Assembly (NCBI GenBank): GCA_021513695.1
Contig: CP084166.1
Location: forward strand, 608,001 to 672,000
Direction: 5' to 3'
From: Candidatus Heimdallarchaeum aukensis
GTDB taxonomy: Archaea; Asgardarchaeota; Heimdallarchaeia; Heimdallarchaeales; Heimdallarchaeaceae
DNA length: 64,000 nucleotides
Position numbers and translations under genes: made by a program. Shown one piece after another: positions 62,974 to 64,000 of this stretch (position 1 is the stretch's first letter; the number at the start of each line of letters is the position of its first letter). The notes beneath the pieces were generated by a model. That model was not told the origin of the DNA. It did no database searches and saw nothing but the letters and a program-made list of their open reading frames with translations.

Positions 62974-63666
62974 ATGCGAGATTTAATCAAAGAAGAAATT
63001 GAAAGCCCCTATCTTGATGATGAAATTCATTTAAACAAACTCACTCCTTTACATGTATATTGGGAGCTAATTAAAATTTCAGCTTGGAAAAACTTTGCTC
63101 ATCATCCGACTTGTAGTGTATATAAAAATCATTATTTTAATATTGGGGGTTTAAAACTCTGCGTTGGTTGTACAAGTCTATACTCTGCTTTAATAATAGA
63201 AATAATTCTTTATTTTGTTTATAGTAGCTTTTTTGTCAACTACATTGTTTATGTAACAATCATTGGCTTAATTGGATTTAGTGTTGCAGTAATTCAATAT
63301 TTCATTAAACCAGAAAATAAATGGATAAAAGCGATGTTTAGGTTTATTTTGGGAATAGGAATAGGTAGTTATTTAATAATTGTTCTTATAACACCAAGAT
63401 GGTGGTTACAACTAATTCTGGGTTCAATTCTTATTTTAAGTGGAGCATTATATAACATTATGAGAGGAAAAGCAAATGTTCAATACTGTGACATATGTCC
63501 TTTACACAATGCAGAGCCTTACTGTGATCCATTTGAAAATACCAGGATAAAAGCAGAAAAAATACATAAAATTGTTGACGATCAAATCAGAATAATTCAA
63601 GAAAAAAAGGCAGAAAAGTGGCGAATGAAACAGGAAAAAAAGATTGAAAAAGATAAAGAAGAATAA
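62974..63666 (+). CDS. Hypothetical membrane protein with Cys/His clusters and K/E-rich tail
   Basis: HHPTCSVY...CVGCT precedes four TM segments, and CDICPLHNAEPYCD follows them. The ATG at 62974 is preferred over the track's GTG at 62965. Confidence 0.55.
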   Translation: MRDLIKEEIESPYLDDEIHLNKLTPLHVYWELIKISAWKNFAHHPTCSVYKNHYFNIGGLKLCVGCTSLYSALIIEIILYFVYSSFFVNYIVYVTIIGLIGFSVAVIQYFIKPENKWIKAMFRFILGIGIGSYLIIVLITPRWWLQLILGSILILSGALYNIMRGKANVQYCDICPLHNAEPYCDPFENTRIKAEKIHKIVDDQIRIIQEKKAEKWRMKQEKKIEKDKEE

Positions 63667-63687
63667 ATTTACTTATTTCACTTTTTC

Positions 63688-64000
63688 CTAATCACTCATT
63701 CGATCTTTAACTGTTATCAATGCTAATACAAAGAAAATTATTATCATTCCTGTTAGGATAACAAAATCTAACCATAGCTCTTTAAATCCCCAACCTTTCA
63801 GCATTATTCCCTTTATGATATTTACTCCATAAGTTAGAGGAAAGACGAATGAAAGGGGTTCAAGCCAATCAGGAAGACTGTAAATGGGTATTAACATTCC
63901 ACTAACTGCCATTCCAGGAATGACAATAATAGGCGTAAATTGAATTGCTTGGAACTCATTTTCTGCATAGTTAGAGAGAAATAGAGATAAAAAGATATGA
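63688..64000 (-). CDS. ABC-2 type transporter permease, C-terminal part (5' end beyond window)
   Basis: The minus-strand frame stays open from 63912 to the window end, with no tta/cta/tca triplets in frame. The translation ..FQAIQFTPIIVIPGMAVSGMLIPIYSLPDWLEPLSFVFPLTYGVNIIKG.. is typical of an ABC-2 permease C-terminus. Confidence 0.75.
   Translation of the reverse strand, partial: HIFLSLFLSNYAENEFQAIQFTPIIVIPGMAVSGMLIPIYSLPDWLEPLSFVFPLTYGVNIIKGIMLKGWGFKELWLDFVILTGMIIIFFVLALITVKDRMSD

Noticed and set aside
1-64000. Scan for tRNA, rRNA and CRISPR arrays
   Set aside because: I noticed no G+C-rich cloverleaf-sized islands in intergenic regions, no rRNA-like conserved blocks, and no regularly spaced 25-40-bp direct repeats. 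This was a by-eye scan; tRNAscan-SE, Infernal and a CRISPR finder would be definitive.

Overview
Visibly AT-rich archaeal chromosomal window with about 50 protein-coding genes. By eye I found no rRNA, tRNA or CRISPR array. I infer an Asgard (Lokiarchaeia-like) genome from gene content: an archaeal-type pantoate kinase next to PanE, Rab-like and Arf-like small GTPases, longin-like modules, and integrin/thrombospondin-like giant surface proteins. Housekeeping and transport genes are a SERCA-like P-type ATPase, an ABC-2 exporter operon, three MFS transporters, an EamA transporter, two aminotransferases, a UPF0282 MBL hydrolase, and a tight thiB-thiP-ATPase-kinase thiamine salvage operon. Accessory content is a decayed DDE insertion sequence with 12-bp terminal inverted repeats, an apparently orphan Eco57I-type N6-adenine methyltransferase, an Arf-like GTPase pseudogene in an ORF-free gap, and a solo HicB-like mini-ORF. 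The most interesting signals are these. (1) Nine tandem 28-residue 'amphipathic helix + LK[KP]V' repeats look like a WH2-type actin-binding array, fused to an HTH and TPRs. (2) A beta-beta-alpha-beta-beta-beta-alpha (longin-like) module recurs three times, twice at the C-terminus of TPR proteins and once as the cytoplasmic tail of a giant surface protein. (3) An FG-GAP plus thrombospondin-type-3 transmembrane protein has a cytoplasmic Cys-rich, RING-like tail. (4) A small GTPase naturally carries Ras G60A/Q61R-equivalent substitutions. All functional calls come from motif reading only. No searches were run.
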